The translations under genes and the position numbers were made by a program. From Bdellovibrionales bacterium (GTDB taxonomy: Bacteria > Bdellovibrionota > Bdellovibrionia > Bdellovibrionales > DASUEL01): 64,000 nt of DNA. The DNA lies in the NCBI GenBank assembly GCA_050250255.1, contig JBFWOZ010000004.1, forward strand, positions 32,001 to 96,000, given 5' to 3'. This document shows, one piece after another, positions 49,409 through 58,366 of this stretch. The stretch's first letter is position 1; every line of letters starts with the position of its first letter. The notes below the pieces were generated by a model. The model searched no databases. It was given only the letters and a program-made list of their open reading frames with translations, and was not told the origin of the DNA.

Positions 49409-50074
49409 GTGGAAAAATCTTTTGGGACTTCTGACGGAAAAATTGGTGAATACGCTGAAAAGGTCTTCCAGCCTGTCGATGCCATTTTAGAAAAAGTGGT
49501 AGAACGCACCCAAAAAGAAGGCATTCCCCTTATTCAAGTGGGTGGCATGGATGGACTTCACTTAGAAGTTCTCACGCGAGCCTTTGGTGCAAAAAAGATT
49601 GTAGAGATTGGTACTCTCGCTGGCTACTCCGCGATTTGCATGGCAAGAGCCCTCCCCGAAAATGGAAAAATTTATTGTTTTGAAGTCAGTCCCGAAAGTG
49701 CGGCCATTGCCCAAGAGCATTTCAAAATGGCAGGCGTCGAAAAGAAAACAGAAATTCATGTAGGTCCTGCTCTAGAAAAGCTCTACGCCATCGAAAACCA
49801 AGGGCCCTTTGATCTTGTTTTTGTCGATGCAGATAAAGGGAACTACACGGAGTACATGAAATGGGCCGAGAAAAATCTGCGTATTGGCGGCGCCCTCTTG
49901 GCCGATAACACGTTTGCCTGGGGTCTTATTGCTGATGAATCGATCACACCTGAACAAAAGCCTTCCGTGACCGCTCTAAGAAAATTCAACCAAGCCGTGG
50001 CGGATAGCCCCCGTTTTAGGTCGACGATTCTACCGACAGGAGAAGGCCTCACTCTCGCTGTGAAAATCTCCTAG
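49409..50074 (+). CDS. Caffeoyl-CoA/COMT-type O-methyltransferase
   Basis: EIGTLAGYS, FDLVFVDADK, ADN, GEGL. Confidence 0.88.
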   Translation: MEKSFGTSDGKIGEYAEKVFQPVDAILEKVVERTQKEGIPLIQVGGMDGLHLEVLTRAFGAKKIVEIGTLAGYSAICMARALPENGKIYCFEVSPESAAIAQEHFKMAGVEKKTEIHVGPALEKLYAIENQGPFDLVFVDADKGNYTEYMKWAEKNLRIGGALLADNTFAWGLIADESITPEQKPSVTALRKFNQAVADSPRFRSTILPTGEGLTLAVKIS

Positions 50075-50235
50075 ATCACGTAGAAATGACAGGGTGGCTA
50101 TTCCTTTGTCAGCATAGCTTCTATAAATAAATTCCTTCTAGAATAAGCATATACTAGAGACGTTACTGCTACTCAGCCAAATGGAACACCTTTTGTATTC
50201 CTCCAAACCATATCAATGATTCTTTGGAGGAATAC

Positions 50236-51192
50236 ATGCGTTTAAAGTGGAATTTATCTTTAGCTTTGGGACTTATTCTTTTGAGTCACTTAGCGATGGC
50301 CCAGTCAGCTTTCAAACCCGCTGATATGAGTAAAGCCACCTCTGCCCTCCGTACAGCTTGTGACAACAGCCGGCATGACATGACTCAGATGGTTTATCAG
50401 CAGCATGCCTCTCCCCTCAGCCAACAATTGAATTTTCTCTTGTCGGTTTTAACTCCCTCTGAAAAATCCTTTCTTGAAAACTATAACGTGAATTTAGAAA
50501 AAGACGTTGAGGTCAGATCTACGGAGACCCTGGCTAAACTCAAACCACTAATGGAGAGTTGGAAAGAAAGAGTGGCTTCCAAGGGCATTCAAACTGAAAT
50601 CGAAAAAACTGGGTATTCTGTACAATGGTGGAATGTTGAGCCAAAGAATCCTAACGCTCGTCCTATGGGCGGTAAGCCTGCAGTAAAAATTGTTAAGGCG
50701 GTACAGGATATGCTCGTCGCAAGAATCAGCCTAAGATACGATGCAGATATTACGAAGCCAACTAATGGATTCAGCAAAGAATTATCTTTTGAGTGTGATC
50801 GTGGAGATTTGTGCACGTCCCCTCTCTCAACAATTGAGATGAGCGATTTCATCGAACAACAAATGCCTTTAGTTTGCCAAACACTCAAGATGGAGGACTT
50901 GCGCGAGCAATTCACAAAGCAAACTGGATTTCCGTTAGAGTGCAAAGACACTGTTATGTCTTGCCAAAAAGGGATCAAAGCTCTCATTAGCGTTGCTCAA
51001 GATATCAAACTTTTAAAGACTGTCGCGCCGATTCTTTTACATACAGACAATCAAGTTTCTGAAATTTCTCTCTCAACGAATCCAAATCAATACAGAACTT
51101 CGACCTCCAATGCGCAATACTTCGCACATCCAAATACGAATAAGAGATTGAAATTAAAGATTGAACAAATCAATCGTGGGGATATTTACTAA
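50236..51192 (+). CDS. Hypothetical secreted protein
   Basis: GGAGG SD, signal peptide ending AMA, several Cys. Confidence 0.7.
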   Translation: MRLKWNLSLALGLILLSHLAMAQSAFKPADMSKATSALRTACDNSRHDMTQMVYQQHASPLSQQLNFLLSVLTPSEKSFLENYNVNLEKDVEVRSTETLAKLKPLMESWKERVASKGIQTEIEKTGYSVQWWNVEPKNPNARPMGGKPAVKIVKAVQDMLVARISLRYDADITKPTNGFSKELSFECDRGDLCTSPLSTIEMSDFIEQQMPLVCQTLKMEDLREQFTKQTGFPLECKDTVMSCQKGIKALISVAQDIKLLKTVAPILLHTDNQVSEISLSTNPNQYRTSTSNAQYFAHPNTNKRLKLKIEQINRGDIY

Positions 51193-51195
51193 AAA

Positions 51196-51726
51196 TTATT
51201 TCTGAACTTCAGGAGTTTTTGCAGTGTCGCCCACGCGAATCGCAATACCGAGATCCACCGCTTGGCTTCGAATCGGCATCGAGTGAACCAACTTCTGTTG
51301 AAGCTTCAAGAAGATCGGCTCGCGAATGGCGAGGTCGTTATCTTGTAAGACACACTGACGAGCAATGCGCTTATCCACATTCAAAATGACTGGCGCTTTT
51401 AAGTTTGCAGTCATGAGAGTGGGATCTTCAGGAATCGTGATGATGCTGAAAGAACGAATGCGTTCGGTGTTTTTGATTTGTAAAAGCTCGAGTTCGTTTT
51501 TGGAGAGATTCACTTTGTAATCATCTGCAAACAGTTCGGGCTCGAGAACAGGAAATGCGATATCTGGTTGATCACAGCTTTGCAACCAAGCAAAGATTTC
51601 ATCATCAGGGTCATCAAGAAGCACGAATGTCTTCAGTTGATTGAAACCAAGCAAGCCCTCAGGAAAAGCAATTTTATCCTCTTCGCTGATAGTTACTGTT
51701 CCAAACCGCCCTGTTTTTATGAGCAT
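51196..51726 (-). CDS. fliW: Flagellar assembly factor / CsrA antagonist FliW
   Basis: RFG, FPEGLLGF, WLQS, TANLKAPV.LN, Q.VL. Adjacent to csrA. Confidence 0.92.
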   Translation of the reverse strand: MLIKTGRFGTVTISEEDKIAFPEGLLGFNQLKTFVLLDDPDDEIFAWLQSCDQPDIAFPVLEPELFADDYKVNLSKNELELLQIKNTERIRSFSIITIPEDPTLMTANLKAPVILNVDKRIARQCVLQDNDLAIREPIFLKLQQKLVHSMPIRSQAVDLGIAIRVGDTAKTPEVQK

Positions 51727-51783
51727 AGCGAGCCCCCCTCGACAATTTCAGAATGCCACATTTCTTAGACACAACAACACAAA

Positions 51784-51810
51784 TTTTCGGTCCAAATGTT
51801 TGAAAATTTA
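51784..51810 (-). promoter_or_regulatory. Putative sigma28 promoter of fliW
   Basis: TAAA-N15-ACCGAAAA on the minus strand. Confidence 0.5.
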
Positions 51811-51846
51811 TGCGGGGCATTGGTTTTTAGGGGGTCTAGTAATCGG

Positions 51847-52074
51847 TTAGGTTTTAAGGAGCTTGGCCACGCGTCGTGAACCCTCAGCAGTTGCTGCTAC
51901 AGAAGCCTTATTTTGCTCCTGGATCGCGATATAAACCTCTTCACGATGAATTCTGGTGTCCTTAGGGGCTTGGATGCCAAGGCGTACTTGCTTACCTTTG
52001 ATTTGAACAACGGTGATTTTGATATTGTCGTCGATGGCTATACTTTCGCCAAGCTTACGGGTGAGCACTAACAT
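51847..52074 (-). CDS. csrA: Carbon storage regulator CsrA
   Basis: [24 protein letters not shown], plus the C-terminal extension typical of FliW-binding CsrA. Confidence 0.95.
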   Translation of the reverse strand: MLVLTRKLGESIAIDDNIKITVVQIKGKQVRLGIQAPKDTRIHREEVYIAIQEQNKASVAATAEGSRRVAKLLKT

Positions 52075-52186
52075 GGATAATCCCTCAAATCTTTCTTCAA
52101 CATCCCAGTCAAAGCCCCAATCCATTTAAAGGACTGGCTACAAATACAAGTTCGGATTGAACCGAGTGAAACTGTAGCTAAACTTT

Positions 52187-53239
52187 CTACTTTAGAAAGT
52201 CAAGGAGACTTGGCTGGATCAGTCGACCAGACGTCGTAAGGGTTGCATCTAGGGCAGTTTGAGCTTTTTTGATGTCAGTCATGAGCTCAAAGGTGTCGGC
52301 GTCTTCGTAGTTAGACTCCAGAACCTTGGCGTCGACATTGTTTTTCTGAATCGACTCAAGCGTTGACTGAACGTTCATCGATCTCGCCCCTAACTTTGAT
52401 CGGGCAAGAACAACTTGGTCGATGGCCGTATCAATTCGATCGAGCGTGTTTTGAATTGTCTGCTTATCATTGGACCTGAGTCCAATACTGAGCTCTTTAA
52501 GAACATCAAAAATATTTACGCCCTTAAGACCATCCGTAGGATCCGCATCTGGCGTTTTCGCCATTTCGTTCTGTGAAGAACGCACATCTAAACTTTTGCC
52601 CTCTTCTACGGTCGCGGGACCACGGAGCACAGGCTTTTGTAAATCCAAAGCGTCTTCTTTTGTCTTCTTCCATGCAGCCTCACCATCAGCCTCACGGCCT
52701 AGGAAAACCATCACACCAGGAAGGTTGATGGGCATGTAAACGCCCTTATTGATCTCGATCTGAATCTCACCATCATCACCAGTATAATCACCGTTCGGCG
52801 CAAAGACCCCGCGGTCAGTTTGGTAACCACCAAACAAGAAGCGTTCACCAAACTTGCGATTGGCAACATTCACGATACCCGAAAAGATTTGATCGACTTC
52901 AACTGCGGAGGTCCGACGAGTAAGAGCGTTGGAGCTCGCATCGCTGGATTGACCCAGGGCTAACTCTTTCACTCGCAAGAGGGCTTCACCCACATCACCG
53001 AGAGCTTGCTCTGAAGCATCTAAATTGGACTTCGCCACATTGATATTTTTAATAAATTGTTCGCCGATATAGCGTTCTGTCCGCGAACTCTGCGTGCGCA
53101 TGAGCCCCACCGGATCGTCAGAAGGTTTCGTGATCCTCTTCATGGTGGCCGCTTGATTTTGAAGGTTAGACATCTCCGAGCGAGTCTTATTGACCCCTGC
53201 TTGAACTCGGTTTGTGCCAACCTTATCTGCGATCCTCAT
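52187..53239 (-). CDS. flgL: Flagellar hook-associated protein 3
   Basis: KRI.KPSDDP, FLFGG, Y.GD, SLLDFLK. Follows flgK. Confidence 0.92.
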   Translation of the reverse strand: MRIADKVGTNRVQAGVNKTRSEMSNLQNQAATMKRITKPSDDPVGLMRTQSSRTERYIGEQFIKNINVAKSNLDASEQALGDVGEALLRVKELALGQSSDASSNALTRRTSAVEVDQIFSGIVNVANRKFGERFLFGGYQTDRGVFAPNGDYTGDDGEIQIEINKGVYMPINLPGVMVFLGREADGEAAWKKTKEDALDLQKPVLRGPATVEEGKSLDVRSSQNEMAKTPDADPTDGLKGVNIFDVLKELSIGLRSNDKQTIQNTLDRIDTAIDQVVLARSKLGARSMNVQSTLESIQKNNVDAKVLESNYEDADTFELMTDIKKAQTALDATLTTSGRLIQPSLLDFLK

Positions 53240-53252
53240 GAATTACTCATCC

Positions 53253-54674
53253 CTATCGTTTAAGGCTCAAAACTGTTTCTAACATTTCGTCAGCTGTACG
53301 AATCACTTTGGCAGAAGCATCGAAGGCTTTTTGGTATTCAATCATCTTGATGGCTTCTTCGTCCAAGTTAACACCGCTGATATTTTCACGAATATTTTTA
53401 AGCTGCTGAACAATGCCCACCTGGTGTTCATAGTTCGAATTCGCGTGGCGAATACCCACCGCTAATTCTGAAACGATCCCGTTGTAGAAATCGTTATAGG
53501 TGGCGGTTTTATCTCCCATCCATTTTTCATGTTGGAGTGAGGAGATAAAGTTAGCAATTCGGTTATCCCCAGGGGCATCGGGCGCTGCCGCGGCGGCAAT
53601 CTTCCAAACGTCACCATCTAATTCTGAAGAAATACGAAGACGTTCTGCAGAGTTTGCAACAGGTCCTTCTAGATCAAAAAAATCATGACCCGATTGTCCG
53701 TACTTATCAAATCCCATACGGTGGGCTCGGTTCACATTCGTGGCCATGCTATGAGCTAGCGTATCGATTTTTTCAAGCACGCGGTTGATGACTTTGTCTC
53801 GAACTTGTAAGGCTCCGCCGATTTCACCACCGGTGATTTGATCGGTGATCACAACCGCGGGTGAGAATTCATATTTAAAAGTGATATCAAAATTTCCGGT
53901 TCGTTTTTGTCCACGCTCTTCTGTGGGAACAGCATCGAGCTTAGCGCTTGACCCACCAGAGACAAGTACCGCATTATTCCCTGCAGTTACTGTAACACCA
54001 CCATTATCTCCTTCGGAGTAACGGATGTTCATCTTTTGACCGATCTTTTTTAAGATTTCATCTCGACGATCGCGCTCGTCGTTCGCAGGAGTTCCTGCAA
54101 ATTCAACGTGCTCCACCATTCCATTGAGAGTCGCAACTTCCTTCAGGAGGCTGTTGACCTCTTCAACCTCAGCTTTGACTTGAAGATCGATATCTCCCTG
54201 AATGCCCTTCATCTGGTCATTCACTCGCTTGAAATCTTGAGATACGGCCATCGCTGTTTGTTTCACCAAATCACGAGTGGCTTGGCTGTCAGGACTATTT
54301 GCTAATTCACGAAAGGCATTAAAAAAGTCGGTTACAAATTGATTTAAGCCCGTTCTCATTTGTTCGTTGAAAGCGTTTTCTACGCGCACGAGATTGTCAG
54401 CTTGGCCTTTATTTGTACCAAGCTTACCCATCTCACCTTGAATTTGTTTTTCGAGGAATTCGTCGTTGGTCCGCGTGATACGCTTTGTTCGAGTGCCTGT
54501 ACCAAAACGAAGATTTCCTTCACCTACCGCAGGAGCCGTTTCAAATTCCGCTCGTTGTCTCGAAAAGCCTTCAACATCTTTTGAGGAAATATTGTGAGAC
54601 ACAGTCTGAAGTGCATTCTGACTGTTCATCAGGGCGCGCTTTCCAATGTCCATGACCCCAGCAATTTTGCCCAA
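53253..54674 (-). CDS. flgK: Flagellar hook-associated protein 1
   Basis: SHNI....GFSRQR, FF.AF..LA..P, SGVNLDEE, YQKAF.ASAKVI. Confidence 0.93.
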   Translation of the reverse strand: MGKIAGVMDIGKRALMNSQNALQTVSHNISSKDVEGFSRQRAEFETAPAVGEGNLRFGTGTRTKRITRTNDEFLEKQIQGEMGKLGTNKGQADNLVRVENAFNEQMRTGLNQFVTDFFNAFRELANSPDSQATRDLVKQTAMAVSQDFKRVNDQMKGIQGDIDLQVKAEVEEVNSLLKEVATLNGMVEHVEFAGTPANDERDRRDEILKKIGQKMNIRYSEGDNGGVTVTAGNNAVLVSGGSSAKLDAVPTEERGQKRTGNFDITFKYEFSPAVVITDQITGGEIGGALQVRDKVINRVLEKIDTLAHSMATNVNRAHRMGFDKYGQSGHDFFDLEGPVANSAERLRISSELDGDVWKIAAAAAPDAPGDNRIANFISSLQHEKWMGDKTATYNDFYNGIVSELAVGIRHANSNYEHQVGIVQQLKNIRENISGVNLDEEAIKMIEYQKAFDASAKVIRTADEMLETVLSLKR

Positions 54675-55175
54675 TTAGATTTCCTTGCTCACAAATTTTC
54701 CAGGCGCCTGATTCGTCTCAAGCGTACCTTGTTTTTTATAAGTTGTATTTGAAGCTTGTTCCGGACTTGAATTCAGATTGTGTTTAATAATCTTTAAAGC
54801 ATTCTGAGTCAGTCGTTCGTTTTGTTTATTATAATCCCGCACTCGAGTGAGAGTGATATCAAGTGCGACTTGAACACCCCGAAGCTTAGCACCCTGATCT
54901 TTCGGGAGAATATCTACCAACTGAGTCAGATTTATTGTTTTTCCTGCTAAGTTCAAAGAAGAGAGAAAGGTCTCAACACGTTCTTGACGTATTTTCTCAA
55001 GAGCTTTTGTTTTGGTAATGAAAGCTTCTTTTGTTTGATTGATTTCCGTGATGCGACCCAGGTCAAAAGAAATGAGAGCCGTCTTTTCTTCTTCAAGAGT
55101 ATTGAAAAAGACATTATAGACAGAAACAAGTTCTTCCAAGATTTGAATTAAACTTTGATAAGCATCTTGTTTCAT
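54675..55175 (-). CDS. flgN: Flagellar export chaperone FlgN
   Basis: E...L, N..N..L, TY...G. Lies between flgM and flgK. Confidence 0.8.
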   Translation of the reverse strand: MKQDAYQSLIQILEELVSVYNVFFNTLEEEKTALISFDLGRITEINQTKEAFITKTKALEKIRQERVETFLSSLNLAGKTINLTQLVDILPKDQGAKLRGVQVALDITLTRVRDYNKQNERLTQNALKIIKHNLNSSPEQASNTTYKKQGTLETNQAPGKFVSKEI

Positions 55176-55177
55176 TT

Positions 55178-55193
55178 ATTCCGTCCATGGAAT
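55178..55193 (-). promoter_or_regulatory. Putative CsrA-binding hairpin over the flgN ribosome-binding site
   Basis: Minus strand AUUCC-AUGGAC-GGAAU, 2 nt before the flgN ATG. Matches CANGGANG. Confidence 0.55.
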
Positions 55194-55222
55194 CAATGTT
55201 AACTGACTAAAAATCTAAGAAA

Positions 55223-55549
55223 CTATTCTTCGCTTCCGTATTCGTTGAGTAACATTTCGTCGACCATTTTATCCGCAACCTTTGCAGAGTCGACTTTGTA
55301 TTTTCCGCTATCGATTAAACCCTGATACTTTGCCACTTTTGCTTCATCAACATCAGGAGCTTTTTTAGCAATATCAAAAGATTTTTTAATATCTTGAGAT
55401 CTGCTGGAAATATCAACTTTCGCGGAACTTCCTAAATCTGCTAGTGGATTTGCCGCTTTTCCATCAACTTTTGTTTTTGTAGACTTCGCAGATTGACTTG
55501 CGTTTTCTGCTGAATATGTTCCGTTTGTAGCTTTTGGAGTTATCTTCAT
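55223..55549 (-). CDS. flgM: Anti-sigma28 factor FlgM
   Basis: V.IS, KV......I..G.YKVD...VADKM. Confidence 0.88.
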   Translation of the reverse strand: MKITPKATNGTYSAENASQSAKSTKTKVDGKAANPLADLGSSAKVDISSRSQDIKKSFDIAKKAPDVDEAKVAKYQGLIDSGKYKVDSAKVADKMVDEMLLNEYGSEE

Positions 55550-55616
55550 AACATCTCCTATTTCCTCATTGTATCATATCGAGACATCGAGACAAAGCGG
55601 CTTATAAGCACTTGAC

Positions 55617-56300
55617 CTATGTCTTTGTTTCCATTGACCAAAAGATTCCTTTTGATTCAGGGCTCAAGCTTCCCATCTTTTGGCCAGCTTCCACTTGGCC
55701 TCCTGTTCTTAAGTCTGCAGATTTCATGCCTTCAAAACGTAGTCGTGATGAAACCCCGTTGTCGTGATCTATGCGTAATTGAATAAAACCATCGCCCTCT
55801 TGCTCATAAGCGACTTTTCCTGCCCAAGGGGAAACCACGTCTTCTGCAGCTTTACCTGGAGACGTAGAAAGTCTTTCTAAGAACAAATTTGCGCCTTTGG
55901 CAGGAGCTAAACCAGCTGCTGGCGTAGTTCCCTGTTGCAATCTAAATTGTCCCTTGGATTCAAGAGGCATAGGCCCTACTGGCTTTGCCATCCCAGAAGA
56001 GTTCGAAAAATATTTTTCCATGATGTGACTGTAGATCATATCCGCAAGACCTACTCCACCACGCTCACCCCATTTTTCAACATAGTGATGATCCATTTGT
56101 TCGCGATAAATTCTTTCACCCTGACTTGTAGGTATGAGATCACTCTCTTGCACGGTATTTCTCATTGCTTTGAGCATCTCTCTTAAGAATTGCTGCTCAT
56201 ACATCTGAGCCGCCTTCATCACCTTCTCATTTTTTCGAGGCTGAGTAACCTGAGAAGGATCGAGATTCAATTTTGGTTTTACATTATTGATGGACGACAT
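55617..56300 (-). CDS. flgJ: FlgJ-like rod-binding protein with degenerate M23-like C-terminal domain
   Basis: AAQMYEQQFL..MLKAMR..V and G.GLADMIY rod-binding motif, then VVSP.AGKV, IDH.NG, V.AGQ.MG. Confidence 0.75.
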   Translation of the reverse strand: MSSINNVKPKLNLDPSQVTQPRKNEKVMKAAQMYEQQFLREMLKAMRNTVQESDLIPTSQGERIYREQMDHHYVEKWGERGGVGLADMIYSHIMEKYFSNSSGMAKPVGPMPLESKGQFRLQQGTTPAAGLAPAKGANLFLERLSTSPGKAAEDVVSPWAGKVAYEQEGDGFIQLRIDHDNGVSSRLRFEGMKSADLRTGGQVEAGQKMGSLSPESKGIFWSMETKT

Positions 56301-56317
56301 TTCGTACGTCCATCTTC

Positions 56318-56520
56318 TTGAAGAAAAAAGAAAGGGGAGTTGAGCCATCCAGTCCGTGCATCCTGCACTTCACTCCGCACAACGAGCTCTCAACCAATCC
56401 TTGGCCAAAGCTTTCATCATGCAACTGTTTCCTGCAAAAACAGTATTCGGTCGCCCATCCATGGTTCGTGACCTTCGACTCACCCTCCCCCGGATCCCAA
56501 CACTTCCATGTGTTGGTAAC
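56318..56520 (-). ncRNA. Candidate CsrB/RsmZ-like multi-GGA structured RNA or leader
   Basis: Ten GGA motifs here (an eleventh at the flgJ SD), several in hairpin loops. A closing helix is followed by a U-tract. Boundaries approximate. Confidence 0.6.
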
Positions 56521-56567
56521 GTACACTTTAAGTCTAAATCTATTTTCATTAACTACGAAAATCTTTT

Positions 56568-57590
56568 TCACAAAATTTCTAGCTCTCCCTGTAAGGCACC
56601 GGATGCTTTGATGTTTTGTAGAATCGTGATCAAGTCCTTCGGCGAGACACCGAGTGCGTTCATTGCACGGACTAGTTCACCTATACTCGCCTCGCCCTCG
56701 ACTATAGCAATGCGATCACCCTTCTGGTCTTTACTTTTGTTACCATCTGGGCCGCCGACTTTTACAGTAAGATTGCCGTGACTGATAGCGACCTTCGACA
56801 CTTTCACTCCGTCGCCGATGACAACCGTTCCAGTCTTCTCGTTGACGACAACTTTTGCTCTCTTATCAGGAACGACGTTGAGAGTTTCGATCGTGGCCAT
56901 TAGCTCCACCGCGTTTCCTTCATAAGAGAAAGGAACAACCACATCAACCGTACCACTATCTTTTGCTACAGCGTATTTCCCACCAAGATCGGTGTTGATC
57001 ATTTTTGCAACACGCGCTGAAGTCGTAAAATCTGGTGAATGTAGTGTGAGTCGAAACATTTTTTGGCTCGCAAAATCCACATCTAAATCTTTTTCGATAA
57101 TCGCTCCGTTAGGAATTCTTCCTGCAGTCGTGTGAGCTTTTGCCTGACCCTCACCACCACCGATTAATATATTCCCTTGAGCGACAGCATAAACCTGTTG
57201 GTTCGCGGCTTTTAGAGGCGTTTGAATGAGCGTTCCGCCCTCTAAGCTTGAGGCTTCACCAATGGAATGAACAGCGATATCTAATTTATTTCCTGATCGT
57301 GCAAAGGGAGGAAGACTTGCAGTTACCAAAACCGCGGCCACATTTTTGCTGGCAACATCTGTCCCTTCTAATTTAATTCCAACGGCATCAAGCATCCGAG
57401 AGAAACTTTTGTTCGTGAATTCCGCTTTTCCATCTCCGGTACCTTTCAGGCCCACAACGAGACCATAACCGATGAGTTGGTTTTCTCTTACCCCACGGAC
57501 ATTGGCGATGTCTTTGATCCGAGCCGCTTGTGCTCTCAATGCCATCGCTACGAATACGAGAATAATTTGTAAAACGATAAAGGCCTTCAC
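56568..57590 (-). CDS. flgI: Flagellar P-ring protein
   Basis: RIKDIA...GVR.NQL.GYGLVVGL.GTGD, NVAAV.VTA.LP, SLEGG.L, GTVV.G, GALQ.EL. Confidence 0.96.
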   Translation of the reverse strand: MKAFIVLQIILVFVAMALRAQAARIKDIANVRGVRENQLIGYGLVVGLKGTGDGKAEFTNKSFSRMLDAVGIKLEGTDVASKNVAAVLVTASLPPFARSGNKLDIAVHSIGEASSLEGGTLIQTPLKAANQQVYAVAQGNILIGGGEGQAKAHTTAGRIPNGAIIEKDLDVDFASQKMFRLTLHSPDFTTSARVAKMINTDLGGKYAVAKDSGTVDVVVPFSYEGNAVELMATIETLNVVPDKRAKVVVNEKTGTVVIGDGVKVSKVAISHGNLTVKVGGPDGNKSKDQKGDRIAIVEGEASIGELVRAMNALGVSPKDLITILQNIKASGALQGELEIL

Positions 57591-58366
57591 TTGACCTCCT
57601 TTTTCATACTGACGATATCGAATCGTGAATCAAGAATGCGGGAAGATTGAACTGCATCGTCTCTGATATCGCTGGGACGCACAATACCTGTTGCGATGAC
57701 TTTATACTCTCGCTTGCCAATCATAAAAGTTTGGCTTCCTTTAAGTCGGTAACTTCCATCGCTTGATTGCTCGATGATACGGCTTGGAATTCTGGCCACA
57801 TCAAATTGGCTCGCTTTTTCTTCGGCTTCTTCTTGTTTTTCAGCTGGATCCGCTTTCGCCGCCGCGCCCTTTGCTTCAGGAGCTTTCTTCTCTCCGTCTT
57901 TCGCTTCAGGAGCGCCTTCTGCAGGCTGTTGAGCAGCCAATGTTCTCTGACTCTTGCGGTTCTTTTCTAAAAGACTTTTTATGATTTCAACTTTTTTCTC
58001 TAATTGAGTTTTCGGTGAGCCCTCTAAATCAATGTTAACGATGTCACCCGTAAGGCGGTTGGTATTTTGAGAGAACAAATAAGCTGTTTGTCCTTCCATA
58101 GGCCATAAAGATCCCGCTCGGTCGTCGAGCATTCCTTCTTTTTCAAAAATTTCTTTATTCACTCTTCGATAGAGCCGGCCGTTATCGTTCGCGTTCATGT
58201 TAGCATTTTCTGAAAACTTCGCTTTTCCTGACGAAGATTTATTTTGTGTCGCAGGCGCCTCAGAGCCACCCAAAAAAGATTTCATTTTCTTCCCGAGACT
58301 TCCACATCCCGTAAGAGCTAAAAAAAGGCTGAGAAAAGTTATTTGATTTATCCACTGTCTCATCAT
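57587..58366 (-). CDS. flgH: Flagellar L-ring protein (divergent)
   Basis: Lipobox LTGC, GSLW, LF, GDIV.I, GIVRP.DI, V.S. Position between flgA and flgI. Confidence 0.8.
   Translation of the reverse strand: MMRQWINQITFLSLFLALTGCGSLGKKMKSFLGGSEAPATQNKSSSGKAKFSENANMNANDNGRLYRRVNKEIFEKEGMLDDRAGSLWPMEGQTAYLFSQNTNRLTGDIVNIDLEGSPKTQLEKKVEIIKSLLEKNRKSQRTLAAQQPAEGAPEAKDGEKKAPEAKGAAAKADPAEKQEEAEEKASQFDVARIPSRIIEQSSDGSYRLKGSQTFMIGKREYKVIATGIVRPSDIRDDAVQSSRILDSRFDIVSMKKEVK

Noticed and set aside
50182..50197. Sigma54-like TGGAAC-ACCTT-TTGTA
   Set aside because: Lacks the conserved -12 GC.
56284..56781. ORFs 56284..56571 (-), 56318..56611 (+) and 56356..56781 (+)
   Set aside because: No recognisable protein features, and they overlap flgI/flgJ. 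The gap is better explained by RNA structure.
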